A stretch of DNA of 36,016 bases from an uncultured Methanosarcinales archaeon (GCA_964491305.1 CAZBGG010000001.1:1-36016), one strand, 5' to 3'; positions 23,650 through 33,421 are shown, counted from the stretch's first letter. Numbers and translations are program-made. Notes: generated by a model not told the origin, from the sequence alone.

Positions 23650-24954
23650 ATGGGAAAAATAAGCCCTGTATCATCAAAATACATAATTCATGCAACTATT
23701 CAAATCACAGGTGTTGTAGATAAGCCAGACGTGATAGGAGCAATTTTTGGGCAGACGGAGGGCCTACTTGGTGCAGACCTTGAATTAAGAGAACTCCAAC
23801 GCTCCGGAAGAATTGGTAGAATCGAAGTTGATGCAGACACAAAATCAGGAAAAACACAAGGAAACATAATAATCCCTTCCAGCCTGGACAAGGCAGAAAC
23901 TGCCATAGTAGGTGCAGCTCTTGAGATTATACAAAGAATAGGACCGTGCACGGCTAAAATTAAGGTTCAGGATATAGAAGACGTAAGGGTGTCAAAGAGG
24001 AAGCTTGTTACAGAGAGAGCAAAGGAATTGCTTAAAAACCTGATGGATGGTTCAATACCTGATTCACAGGAGCTCGCCGACGAAGTAGCCTACTCAGTAA
24101 GAGTTATGGAAATAACAGAATATGGAAGGGAAAGGCTGCCTGCAGGTCCCTCAGTTGAAGACTCTGACGAGATTATAGTAGTAGAAGGAAGAGCAGACGT
24201 TCTAACCCTCCTTAAGCACGGTTTCAAAAATGCTGTTGCCATGGGAGGAACCGGAGTACCTGAAAGTTTGCCAGAGCTTTGCAGCAAGAAAATAGTGACT
24301 GTCTTTGTTGATGGTGACAAAGGAGGAGATTCAATAGTTAAAGAGCTTCTTGAAACTTCTGAAATAGACTTTGTAACAAAAGCCCCTGAAGGTAAAGAAG
24401 TTGAAGAATTAACAAAAAAAGAGATCCACAAGGCCTTAAGAAGCAAGATCTCAGCTGAACAAGCCAAGCTGGATATCGCTACCCAACAAGAGCATTCCTA
24501 TAACTCAAGAAACAACAGGTATCACAAACAACAACAGAACAACCAAAGGCAGAGCCACAGCGGAAACCAGGGACAAAAGTCACAAAAACAAGATGGTAAA
24601 CAACAAAAAACACCACAGTACCAGGCACAAAAAACTCAACAGCAGAGTCCACAGCAAAACAATCTTAGTACAACAGAAAAAGGGAAACTGTCTGCTATGA
24701 TTGAAGATTTAATTGGTACCAGGGGGGCATACGTTCTAGATAAGGATTTGAATATTCTTGGAAAGGTTCCAATAACTGAGCTGGTAAGTACAATAAAAAA
24801 CCTTAACTCAGGCATTTACGCTGTAGTGTTTGATGGTGTTGTTGAAAAAGATCATGCGGCCGTAGCAGATAAAGTTGGAATCAAGTTTATGATAGGGATG
24901 GACAAAAAGACCAAATCAACAAGAACTGTAATAATGACTGCAGAAGAGTTGTAA
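23650..24954 (+). CDS. dnaG: Archaeal DnaG primase-like protein (Toprim; exosome-associated) with a Gln-rich insertion
   Basis: MGKISPVSSKYIIHATIQITGVVDKPDVIGAIFGQTEGLLG is the archaeal DnaG N-terminal domain. IIVVEGRADVLTLLKHGFKNAVAMGGTG...VFVDGDKGGD is the Toprim domain. The SD sequence TAGGAGGT lies upstream. Confidence 0.88.
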   Translation: MGKISPVSSKYIIHATIQITGVVDKPDVIGAIFGQTEGLLGADLELRELQRSGRIGRIEVDADTKSGKTQGNIIIPSSLDKAETAIVGAALEIIQRIGPCTAKIKVQDIEDVRVSKRKLVTERAKELLKNLMDGSIPDSQELADEVAYSVRVMEITEYGRERLPAGPSVEDSDEIIVVEGRADVLTLLKHGFKNAVAMGGTGVPESLPELCSKKIVTVFVDGDKGGDSIVKELLETSEIDFVTKAPEGKEVEELTKKEIHKALRSKISAEQAKLDIATQQEHSYNSRNNRYHKQQQNNQRQSHSGNQGQKSQKQDGKQQKTPQYQAQKTQQQSPQQNNLSTTEKGKLSAMIEDLIGTRGAYVLDKDLNILGKVPITELVSTIKNLNSGIYAVVFDGVVEKDHAAVADKVGIKFMIGMDKKTKSTRTVIMTAEEL

Positions 24955-24968
24955 ACCAATAACTTGGA

Positions 24969-24989
24969 TTTTTTAAATTCAATTTTTTT
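24969..24989 (+). terminator. Oligo-T tracts (T6, T7) just downstream of dnaG
   Basis: ggaTTTTTTaaattcaaTTTTTTTa begins 15 nt after the stop. Archaeal RNA polymerase terminates at oligo-dT runs. Confidence 0.35.
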
Positions 24990-25120
24990 ATCATTTTACT
25001 ACAATAAATAAATCTTATGAAGAAAAGCTAAGCTATAGGTTTGTTAATTCTTAAAAATTAATTCAACTGTAGAACATAAGAATAAACGTCCGGAAATGAG
25101 AAAATGAATAAAAAATTAAA

Positions 25121-26377
25121 TTATTCCTTGTTTTCCAAATCCAAACCTTCTTTCAGTTGTTTTCTATGAAAAATAATCTCCGCTTCTTCCCATAAAGAAT
25201 CAACATAAGAGGCCACTGCTTCCTCTTGCTCGAATCTTTTTTGCTGGTCTAGTTCGCCCTGCTGACGGGAATCCATCTGAAGCCTAACATCATCTTTTAA
25301 TTCCTCAAAGGTATTCTTCTCATCCAACAACTTAATGATATGGTAACCAAACTCCGTAGGAACTGGCCTGGTAAACTGGTTCTTGTTCAATTCAAATGAT
25401 GCATCTGAAAAGTTTTTAACCATCTGGCCTCTGACAAACCAACCAAGCTCACCTCCATCTGAAGAAGAAGGGCAAGCTGAGTATTCTTCTGCCAAATTAG
25501 CAAAACTCTCGCCTTCAACTATCCTTGTCCAGATCTCATCACTCAGGTCTCTTGCCTCCTCCCTGGACCTATCAACATCACAATCCCGAGAATCTTCGTG
25601 ACAGATTAGAATGTGCCTAACTTTTACCTTATTATAAATATCCTCATTTCTTTCGTACTCACTCCTCAACTCGTCTTCAGTAATGTTGCCAGAATCATAG
25701 GCATCATCGATTTCCGAAAGAACTACTTCATCCAATAAAGATGTTATCAAGATTCTTACTTTAACACTTTCCCTCAATTCACTAACATATTGGTCCATCG
25801 TTAGATTCTCAGCAGCCAAAAGATACTCTAAATCCTCATCTGAAATAGATTGCCTTAACTGTTGAAGCCAATCATTCACAGCAGAATCCACTTCCCCTCT
25901 GCTTACTTCAATACCCTTATTTTCCGCTTCCTGCAAAAGAAGAACTTCCTTAATTGTCTCATTAATAACCACGTCTTCTGTGAATGAAGGACCATACTGA
26001 GATTGATAAAGCCTCATCCTTTCACTAATCTCATTACTGTATATTGGTTCACCATTGACCGAAGCAACAAGTACTCCCTCATCGGTTTGCTGAGGTAATT
26101 TCCCTTCATTGTGACTATTTAGGAAAGAAACAACCAGGAAAATCAATAGAATTAATCCAACTATAGCAGCCAAAAAAGCAAGTATTCCCTTGTAGTTGGA
26201 TTTTGGAGCCATCCCAGAACCTTCCTTTTTAATCCCTGAAGGTTCCTCTTTCCTTTTTGAAATCTTGTTCTTTTTCTTTGTGGCTTTAGGTTTTTCTATC
26301 TTTTTGAAATGTTTTTTATGCTTTCCGTGTTTTTCGTTTTTAACGGCCAAAATTATCACCTTCTCTATATTTACCAT
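25121..26377 (-). CDS. Membrane-anchored parvulin-type peptidyl-prolyl isomerase (PrsA/SurA-like)
   Basis: A Lys-rich N-terminus is followed by the transmembrane helix GILAFLAAIVGLILLIFLVVSFL and a SurA-N-like helical region. Next comes the PpiC rotamase domain VKVRHILI...FANLAEEYSACPSSSDGGELGWFVRGQMVKNFSDASF...TEFGYHIIKL. Confidence 0.8.
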   Translation of the reverse strand: MVNIEKVIILAVKNEKHGKHKKHFKKIEKPKATKKKNKISKRKEEPSGIKKEGSGMAPKSNYKGILAFLAAIVGLILLIFLVVSFLNSHNEGKLPQQTDEGVLVASVNGEPIYSNEISERMRLYQSQYGPSFTEDVVINETIKEVLLLQEAENKGIEVSRGEVDSAVNDWLQQLRQSISDEDLEYLLAAENLTMDQYVSELRESVKVRILITSLLDEVVLSEIDDAYDSGNITEDELRSEYERNEDIYNKVKVRHILICHEDSRDCDVDRSREEARDLSDEIWTRIVEGESFANLAEEYSACPSSSDGGELGWFVRGQMVKNFSDASFELNKNQFTRPVPTEFGYHIIKLLDEKNTFEELKDDVRLQMDSRQQGELDQQKRFEQEEAVASYVDSLWEEAEIIFHRKQLKEGLDLENKE

Positions 26378-26487
26378 ACAATCTACTATACATTCGCCCA
26401 GCGAATATTCTCGAGTTTTTTAATTTTTCTATTACTCCTGAAGAGTTTATATAAATTTTTAAATTATATGGATTAAGTTAGGACCAT

Positions 26488-27810
26488 ATGTTTGACATAA
26501 TAATTGGAAGAGGAAAAAAGGATAGAGAAAAATTTGGATCAAAAGGGACAATTTTCCTTGGAAAACAATATGTTAAGATGGGCCAAGTGACTTCTCTCTC
26601 AAATAACGTATTTATGGATATGGTAAGAAGCCACGTGCTTTTCATTTGTGGTAAGAGAGGAGGAGGCAAGTCCTACACAATGGGAGTTGTTGCAGAAGGA
26701 ATGGCCTCACTACCAATGGAAGTAAAACAAAATTTAAGCATAATACTACTTGATACCATGGGAATTTATTGGACAATGAAATATGGAAACCAAAAAGAGG
26801 AAAAGATGCTCAATGAATGGGGACTTGAGGGGAAAGGGCTTGATGTAAAAATATACACGCCCGCAGGATTCCACGATAAGCTCGTAGAAGAGGGCATTCC
26901 TTCAGATGCACCATTTGCAATCAAGCCCTCTGAACTTACAAATGACGACTGGTGCATAACTTTTGATGTCGCAAATACAAGCCCCATGGGAGTCCTAATA
27001 GAAAGGACAATCAATCAACTAAGGGATATAGAAACTGACTTCAGCATAGAAGATATAATAACTACTGTGAAAAAAGACACCAGGTCAGAAAAAAGCGTGC
27101 AGGATGCAGTTGAGAACATGTTTTTGAACACTCTAGACTGGGGACTTTTTGATAACAAAGGCACCCCTCTAAATGATCTAGCGGCTCCTGGCCAGGTTAC
27201 AGTGTTAGACGTCTCTTGTTATTCCTTGATGGCAAACAGCTGGAAAATTAAATGTCTTGTTACAGGATTAGTTTCCCAAAAGCTATTCAAACAAAGAATG
27301 GAGGCTAGGAAAAAAGAAGAATTTAAAGAAGTTAATCAATCAGTTCATTATTTTTCTTCAGATGAAGAATTCACAAAACAAGATATGCCACTTGTATGGC
27401 TGGTGATTGATGAAGCGCATGAATTTATGCCCCGAGAAGGTAAGACAATGGCAACAGACCCTTTAGTAACAATACTTAGAGAAGGTCGTCAACCAGGTAT
27501 TTCCATAATACTTGCCTCACAACAGCCAGGTAAGATTCATACTGATGTAATGACCCAATCCGACACGGTTCTTAGCCATAGAATAACAACAAAAATAGAC
27601 ATCGATGCACTATCAATGCTAATGCAGAGCTATATGAGAGAAGGTCTTAACTCAATGTTTGATAATCTTCCAAGAAGAAAAGGCTCAGCAATTTTATTTG
27701 ATGATACGAATGAAAGGATGATTCCTGTTCAGATAAGACCAAGGTTCACATGGCACGGCGGAGAATCACCTATCGCAATTCACGAAAAAAAAGATAAGTT
27801 CTCATTTTAA
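26488..27810 (+). CDS. HerA/FtsK-superfamily P-loop ATPase (DUF87-type)
   Basis: HVLFICGKRGGGKSYTMGVV is the Walker A motif, LVWLVIDEAHEFMP is the Walker B motif, and ILREGRQPGISIILASQQP is the Arg-finger/sensor region typical of HerA-like ATPases. Confidence 0.75.
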   Translation: MFDIIIGRGKKDREKFGSKGTIFLGKQYVKMGQVTSLSNNVFMDMVRSHVLFICGKRGGGKSYTMGVVAEGMASLPMEVKQNLSIILLDTMGIYWTMKYGNQKEEKMLNEWGLEGKGLDVKIYTPAGFHDKLVEEGIPSDAPFAIKPSELTNDDWCITFDVANTSPMGVLIERTINQLRDIETDFSIEDIITTVKKDTRSEKSVQDAVENMFLNTLDWGLFDNKGTPLNDLAAPGQVTVLDVSCYSLMANSWKIKCLVTGLVSQKLFKQRMEARKKEEFKEVNQSVHYFSSDEEFTKQDMPLVWLVIDEAHEFMPREGKTMATDPLVTILREGRQPGISIILASQQPGKIHTDVMTQSDTVLSHRITTKIDIDALSMLMQSYMREGLNSMFDNLPRRKGSAILFDDTNERMIPVQIRPRFTWHGGESPIAIHEKKDKFSF

Positions 27811-27878
27811 TCCTAGGGTTTCTTGTCTGGTCCCAATAAGATTGTATTCATTAGGTGTACACTGAAAATGCCCCCCTC

Positions 27879-28961
27879 CTAGTTGGCTTCAAGGGTCTCT
27901 TCATGAATAGGAGTTGAATAACCACCCCTCTCAATATCTTTTAGCTTCCTCCTTGCCAAAAAAGTCACTAAAGGTAATAAAGATAAGCTGGCAATAGTTG
28001 GCAAGATAGAAGACCTAGGCTTCTCAAATTGATACTCCATCTCTGTTCCAAGATGGAAGTTGGCGCCACAATAGGCAACATTCTTTGGGTTGTAATTTAG
28101 CATCATAAAATCATGATATCCTTCAACGGACAAATAACTATTCTTTTTGTTTGTAAATAATTCCTTAAACCTTGTAATCTTCTCTTTATAAGGAGAATAG
28201 AATTCGTCATATTCTGATAAAAGGAATAAAGTGGGAACATCATTATGGCCATAATTATTCATACTATAATCAGAGAACTCTTTTGCAAAATTTATTATTC
28301 CTCCGAAATCTTCAAAAGCTCTTTTAACTGCCCCAAGATGGAATCCCTTCAAAGATGAACCTCTTATCAGGTAGTTCAAATCCACTCTAAACAAGTCATT
28401 CAGGCCAGTCATACAGGCAGCATCAATAAATTCAAGACAGGATTTATCAGTTTCAGTAGGAGGATTATTCATTTCTATTCCGTAACACCCAGGGAGTTCT
28501 TTTGAAGCTTCATTCGCTTTTATAGCCCCTTGTGAATGACCACCCACAACATAATTTTCACCATCTAGACAATAACCGGTTTGTTCCAATGCCATATCTA
28601 CATTGGGGCGAATTGACTGTTTTCTTCCTGGGAAAATAGTGCAGGGAGCATAAACATTTCTGTGAAACTTTGATTTGTACAATAAAAACATTAAATAGCC
28701 CTCAACAGGGTCTACATGTGTCCCATGGTGCCAAATATAACTTGAATCACTTTTTACAGGCAGTTCTTCAGGTGGCTCTTGTTCATTTTTTATGTGAAGT
28801 ATATAGGATTTATTATAAGGAATTTTTCTGATTGAGATATCCCTGAGATCAACCCCGCCATATTTATCCAAAGACACCCTCCCACAGCTAGAATGAATAA
28901 GGGCCTCCAAAGAACGGTCCCCCTCCCGGTGAAGACTAAAGACTTGATCAATTCCATCCAT
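27879..28961 (-). CDS. Putative alpha/beta-hydrolase (lipase/esterase-like) with C-terminal transmembrane anchor
   Basis: VVGGHSQGA is a GxSxG nucleophile elbow. Candidate Asp (LLSEYDEF) and His (VEGYHDF) residues follow. A hydrophobic helix ILPTIASLSLLPLVTFLA followed by RRK lies near the C-terminus. Confidence 0.55.
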   Translation of the reverse strand: MDGIDQVFSLHREGDRSLEALIHSSCGRVSLDKYGGVDLRDISIRKIPYNKSYILHIKNEQEPPEELPVKSDSSYIWHHGTHVDPVEGYLMFLLYKSKFHRNVYAPCTIFPGRKQSIRPNVDMALEQTGYCLDGENYVVGGHSQGAIKANEASKELPGCYGIEMNNPPTETDKSCLEFIDAACMTGLNDLFRVDLNYLIRGSSLKGFHLGAVKRAFEDFGGIINFAKEFSDYSMNNYGHNDVPTLFLLSEYDEFYSPYKEKITRFKELFTNKKNSYLSVEGYHDFMMLNYNPKNVAYCGANFHLGTEMEYQFEKPRSSILPTIASLSLLPLVTFLARRKLKDIERGGYSTPIHEETLEAN

Positions 28962-29257
28962 CTGGTTTATTAACCATGGTTAAATTAATATTTAAATATT
29001 ACGCTCATGAAACTGAATCATCCTGCACACTTTATGTTGATAAAAGATATGCATTTAACTTTTTTTAGAAAGGACCAGACGCGTTGGAAAATAGACAAAA
29101 AACCCCAAAAATACTTAAAAAAAACTAAGAAACAAAGCCTAAAAATAACGAAAATTTCTTAGTCTAATGATTGCAGCCCACCGTTCACCAAGAGCAAAGT
29201 TGTATTAAAGACCAACTTCCAAGGTACTCTCTTGCAAAATTTTCAATAAAAAGACTT

Positions 29258-29443
29258 TCATAATCGTTCCTGGATTACCCTTTCATAAGTTCCTTGGCTG
29301 TTTTCACAAGGTGCTCCATGCATGGAACAAATATTGCTGCAACAACCAAGATGTGCCGGTCCTTTTAGATGGTTACACACAACCAATCTATCCTCACTAT
29401 CTTCAAAAATTCCCTTACATATCTTACACTTTAATTTTGCCAT
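29258..29443 (-). CDS. Small Cys/His-rich (zinc-binding-like) protein
   Basis: MAKLKCKICKGIFEDSEDRLVVCNHLKGPAHLGCCSNICSMHGAPCENSQ. I start it at the ATG at 29443 rather than the track start at 29467. Confidence 0.4.
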   Translation of the reverse strand: MAKLKCKICKGIFEDSEDRLVVCNHLKGPAHLGCCSNICSMHGAPCENSQGTYERVIQERL

Positions 29444-29619
29444 CTTACACCTCTTTTTTATAAACATTTTTCAAAACTTTTTTTCCTATTAAAGCACAAC
29501 GTTCTATTTAAATTTTTTGAGGGAATCCTTTTAATTCCAGTAAATACATAGGCTAAGACCAGTAAGAAAACATATTGCACAAATTAAATATTAAATACTA
29601 GCAAAACATTCGGGCGTTT

Positions 29620-30198
29620 ATGAGCCTAAAAAAAGAAGTAAGGATAATTGGTATAGATGATGTACCATTCGACAAGTTCAAAGATCTTCAAACAAAAATT
29701 TTTGGTGTTATTTACAGGGGGGGATACTTTATGGAGGGCGTAGTTTCAGAGACCATCAATGTTGATGGAAGCGATTCGACTGAAAAGATTATAAAGATGA
29801 TAAAAGGTTCCAGATTTTATAAACAAATAAAGTATATTATGCTTGATGGCATAGCAGTTGGGGGATTCAACATAATTGAAGTTAGTAAACTTAGCAGAGA
29901 AACAAATAGAGGAGTGGTTGTTGTAATGAGAAAAAAGCCAGGACTGAAAAAGATTAGAAATACCCTTGATAAATTAGGTATGCAAGATAAGATCTCACTA
30001 TTACAAGGGATAGGGAGAATACACGAGATTAATATGGATAAGGGCATTTTATTTTTTCAGAACTACGGAATAAAAAGAGAAACAGCCGAGGGCTTGTTAA
30101 AAATCACATGCACCAATTCTTTGATACCCGAACCAATAAGAGTTGCACACATAATGGGAAAAGGAATCACCACAGGAGAAAGTAAAGGCTCTGGCTAG
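29620..30198 (+). CDS. DUF99/UPF0215 family protein (endonuclease-V-like fold)
   Basis: VRIIGIDDVPF...GVVSETINVDGSDSTEKIIKMIKGSRFYKQIKYIMLDGIAVGGFNIIEVSKLSRETNRGVVVVMRKKP closely follows the archaeal UPF0215 pattern as I recall it. Confidence 0.7.
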   Translation: MSLKKEVRIIGIDDVPFDKFKDLQTKIFGVIYRGGYFMEGVVSETINVDGSDSTEKIIKMIKGSRFYKQIKYIMLDGIAVGGFNIIEVSKLSRETNRGVVVVMRKKPGLKKIRNTLDKLGMQDKISLLQGIGRIHEINMDKGILFFQNYGIKRETAEGLLKITCTNSLIPEPIRVAHIMGKGITTGESKGSG

Positions 30199-30740
30199 TT
30201 TTTGAAGATAGTAAACCTGTCCCCGCTAATTATAAATTCATTCTTTTTTTCAAGATTTCTCGGGAAAAATTCTTCGCCATGAACTATAAGCTCTCCTCTT
30301 AGCTCTTTTTTTAGCTTGGAATCAAGGTCATCCCTAAAGAAAGGTTTATCAGGGCTTATATAAATTACTTCGTATCCAGACAAATCATGTTCAAGGTAAT
30401 TCTTTTGCAAAAATTTAGTATTCTTAAAATGGGGAATTGATAGCTTTAGCCTTTGTTGCATGGCCACGTTGATTAAATCGTTATCTATCTCAATTCCATG
30501 ACTTTTAACAAAAAAAAGTGAGGCCAGTAAAACAACTCTCCCATCGCCAGCACCAAGGTCAACAAAAGAACTCCTGTGTTGGAGATTTATTTTTCTAAAA
30601 AGCTCAAATAAGCCATCGACAGGAGTTGCACCCCAGTAACCAATTCCTGTGTCTTTTACAGGAAGTATTCCACTTTTCAATAAATCATTTATGTAGTCAT
30701 CGTAAGTACTCTTAATTTTTTTGAAATGGTGGGAATTCAT
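30195..30740 (-). CDS. Class I SAM-dependent methyltransferase
   Basis: FVDLGAGDGRVVLLAS is motif I and SHGIEID is the motif II acidic residue. I prefer the ATG at 30740, which forms an ATGA overlap with the stop of the upstream TIM-barrel gene. The track start at 30770 is also possible. Confidence 0.7.
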   Translation of the reverse strand: MNSHHFKKIKSTYDDYINDLLKSGILPVKDTGIGYWGATPVDGLFELFRKINLQHRSSFVDLGAGDGRVVLLASLFFVKSHGIEIDNDLINVAMQQRLKLSIPHFKNTKFLQKNYLEHDLSGYEVIYISPDKPFFRDDLDSKLKKELRGELIVHGEEFFPRNLEKKNEFIISGDRFTIFKN

Positions 30741-32851
30741 TCGAAAGGAACCTCGCTCCAAAGTTTCCATTCATTCGAAGGAACATAGCTTCCAAATGCA
30801 AAATACGGGCTTTGTACCTGAGGGAAATAACCATTTTTCACATTCGCAAAAGAAGGGTTTGGAGCTGCAGCCCCATATCCGCCAATGGTTGAACCAAAGT
30901 GTTTCCAGGTTTCAGTCAATATCCTACCTTGTCCAAAAAGACTTTCTTCCCCATGAGCTTCTGAGACAATTGTTCCTTTATATCCTTTCTCCTTTAGATG
31001 CTCCAAGGCTTCATAAAGAGGAAGATTCCCCTGTCCCGCTGGAAGATGATGATGTCCTGAACCCATGGAATCAACCAAATGCATATGACCAATTACTTCT
31101 GCATCCTGCATTTTTTCTATCATTTTTTTGTACCACTTATTAAACCTCTCTCTTCTTTGATCATATGTTTCTCCTTCAAGAGGCTGGAAGTTTTTCCACC
31201 ACATGCCTAAGTGTTGGGTATCAACAGTAGCTTTTATGTGCTCTTTTGCCTCCTTATTAGCCTCGTTCTTTGATAGACCCCTATAGTGAGGATTTATTCT
31301 TTTCTCAGTTTCACCAGTGGCAGGATCATATTCCTCAATATATTTTGACGTAAGACGCTCAACCATTTTATCCCTAGCATTACTAACAAGCTCGATCATC
31401 TCCTCAGGGTGTGAACCATAACCCATCTCTGGAAAGATATTCTCCGGAGCTATAAAAATAGGTTTCTCAATATCCTTCCTTTTGCTTTCCTCCATAGCCT
31501 CGATACCTAACTCAGCATAACTTTCCATAGACTTCCTCTTGGCATAGTCACCAATGGGCTCCATAGTATTAAGTTTCATCTCCGCTTCCTTAGCGTTTGT
31601 GGTATAGGAAGAAGAAAGTGCTGCTATTTCCTTTCTCTGACTAATCAAGTCAGCCTCAACTTCTCTTTCAAGAAATTCAGAAGGTTTCATCCCCTCCTTT
31701 TTTATGGCTTCAGATATCTTCTCTTGATCCAGGCTTTGAGGAAACTCTGAATAAAATGAACTAAGCAGTCCTATCTTTTGCTCATCACTTAAATTATCCT
31801 CATCGATGCCTCTAAAATATTCTTTCCTTTTTTTAACATTCTCAAGCTGTTTTTCAACCTGATCATAGTTCCTTGAATAGTGATAAGAAAGACCTTTACT
31901 CTGATTAATCTGGGTCTTAAACTTGGTACGCATAAACATCTCAGCAGGGGTCATTTTTTTACCCTCTTTATTATGCTGGTTATATTCGTCTGCCATCCTT
32001 TTGAAATCTTCCCACTTCAAAGGTCTTGTTTTGAAGGCTTCATCTTCACCATTTGTTTCTGGAACACCCTTGTCAAAGACTTCATACTCATGTATTGGAT
32101 TTCCGTGACCATCGATATACTGGCCTTTCTCGTTTTTTTTATAATCCGCCTCGTAGACCACCATATTTTTTCTTACATCTTGAATAAGACTTCCGGTGCG
32201 GCTGTCCACAAGATAATGCGCCTGGTTTTTGTACTCGTCCGGATAGGAGAGAAATTCATAGATGTTACCTTGCTCATCCTTTACAGCCCTCTCCTTATCT
32301 TTACCTTGAATAGTCACCGGCTTTTCATTCCATTCCATATCCGACATATCCCTCCAATATTCACCCGTATGAACAACAACAGCCCCTCCTTTAGTAACAT
32401 CAGACGCAAACTTTATGGCTTTTTTTATCTCTTCTACACTCTCTGCCCTTTGTTGGTCACTAAAACCTTGTTGTGGATTAAAACCTGATAAATTGCCTAT
32501 ATTTGTCGGGGCATGGACAGAGGTAAATTCAACCTGGTTCACTTTTGATAGCTCCCTTAATGCTTGCCTAGCATCGTGGCCATAATTTTCGGCCCCCACA
32601 GGCTCTCCCCCTCCTCCTTGGCCCACCTGAAGCTCAATTTTAGCAGCACCGGTTTTTATGGCGTTCTGTGAAGTCTGAATAAGGCTGCCAAAACGAGCCC
32701 CCTCCGTTACAGTTTGTCCTAAGTCACGTATACCTATAGGGGCCTCAACTTTTTCTTCAGGTGAGCCTCCAGAATATTGTCCCCAGTAGCCAGAGGAGTC
32801 AACAAAATAGTTCCCTCTATGAGGGGGGACATATCTAACATAGTCTGTCAT
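30737..32851 (-). CDS. Xylose-isomerase-like / AP-endonuclease-2-type TIM-barrel protein interrupted by an insertion of about 300 aa
   Basis: The barrel motifs are in the right order: KIELQ, FTSVHAP, AVVVHTGE, then (after about 300 aa) IFIAPEN, VDTQHLGMW, IGHMHLVDS, GHHHLPAGQGNLP and GTIVSEAHG. This call rests on pattern recall, not on a search. Confidence 0.6.
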   Translation of the reverse strand: MTDYVRYVPPHRGNYFVDSSGYWGQYSGGSPEEKVEAPIGIRDLGQTVTEGARFGSLIQTSQNAIKTGAAKIELQVGQGGGGEPVGAENYGHDARQALRELSKVNQVEFTSVHAPTNIGNLSGFNPQQGFSDQQRAESVEEIKKAIKFASDVTKGGAVVVHTGEYWRDMSDMEWNEKPVTIQGKDKERAVKDEQGNIYEFLSYPDEYKNQAHYLVDSRTGSLIQDVRKNMVVYEADYKKNEKGQYIDGHGNPIHEYEVFDKGVPETNGEDEAFKTRPLKWEDFKRMADEYNQHNKEGKKMTPAEMFMRTKFKTQINQSKGLSYHYSRNYDQVEKQLENVKKRKEYFRGIDEDNLSDEQKIGLLSSFYSEFPQSLDQEKISEAIKKEGMKPSEFLEREVEADLISQRKEIAALSSSYTTNAKEAEMKLNTMEPIGDYAKRKSMESYAELGIEAMEESKRKDIEKPIFIAPENIFPEMGYGSHPEEMIELVSNARDKMVERLTSKYIEEYDPATGETEKRINPHYRGLSKNEANKEAKEHIKATVDTQHLGMWWKNFQPLEGETYDQRRERFNKWYKKMIEKMQDAEVIGHMHLVDSMGSGHHHLPAGQGNLPLYEALEHLKEKGYKGTIVSEAHGEESLFGQGRILTETWKHFGSTIGGYGAAAPNPSFANVKNGYFPQVQSPYFAFGSYVPSNEWKLWSEVPFE

Positions 32852-32892
32852 GGGCTAGAAACTCCTTTATTGATTTATAAATTTTTTGAAAA

Positions 32893-33420
32893 TCAATCAT
32901 TATAGAACCTAGACAGGTAACTCCCTCTCAAATCTTTCATTAATTTTCTAGTGCTAAAAGCAATATCTTTTATTTCTTCATTTGGCAAATATGTTTCTTT
33001 ATTGATTATTTCATTATATATTTCCTCTGCCCTGTACACATTTGCATAATCATTAGACCTCTCCTGTACAATTTCCCTAAGCTCAGTATATAATCCAGAA
33101 ACCTGCTCCAAAGAATCTTTGTAAGAGGGAGGTATATCTTTCTCCTCATTGACATCTGAACGCCTAACACCTTCCTCGAGAGTAGATTCAATTTCTTCTC
33201 TTCTTGAGCTTGCCTCTTCCAAAAGATGCTCTTCTGGAATCCTGTCCTCAAGATTAATCTCATTTATCGTTTCCTCGATTAATTTCTTTGTCTCTTCCTC
33301 TTCTTTTTTCCTAGCTTTCTCTATCTCGTTTATCTTTTCAATCCTCTCTTCCGGTGGAAGCTTTTTCAATTCCCTTAGAATCTCTTCCCGCGGAAGCTTA
33401 ATTAATTTTTCCAAGTCCAT
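32893..33420 (-). CDS. Glu/Lys-rich coiled-coil protein (175 aa), function unknown
   Basis: Heptad-like charged sequence. The ATG lies 1 nt after the stop of the upstream 521-aa gene. Confidence 0.5.
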   Translation of the reverse strand: MDLEKLIKLPREEILRELKKLPPEERIEKINEIEKARKKEEEETKKLIEETINEINLEDRIPEEHLLEEASSRREEIESTLEEGVRRSDVNEEKDIPPSYKDSLEQVSGLYTELREIVQERSNDYANVYRAEEIYNEIINKETYLPNEEIKDIAFSTRKLMKDLRGSYLSRFYND

Positions 33421-33421
33421 C

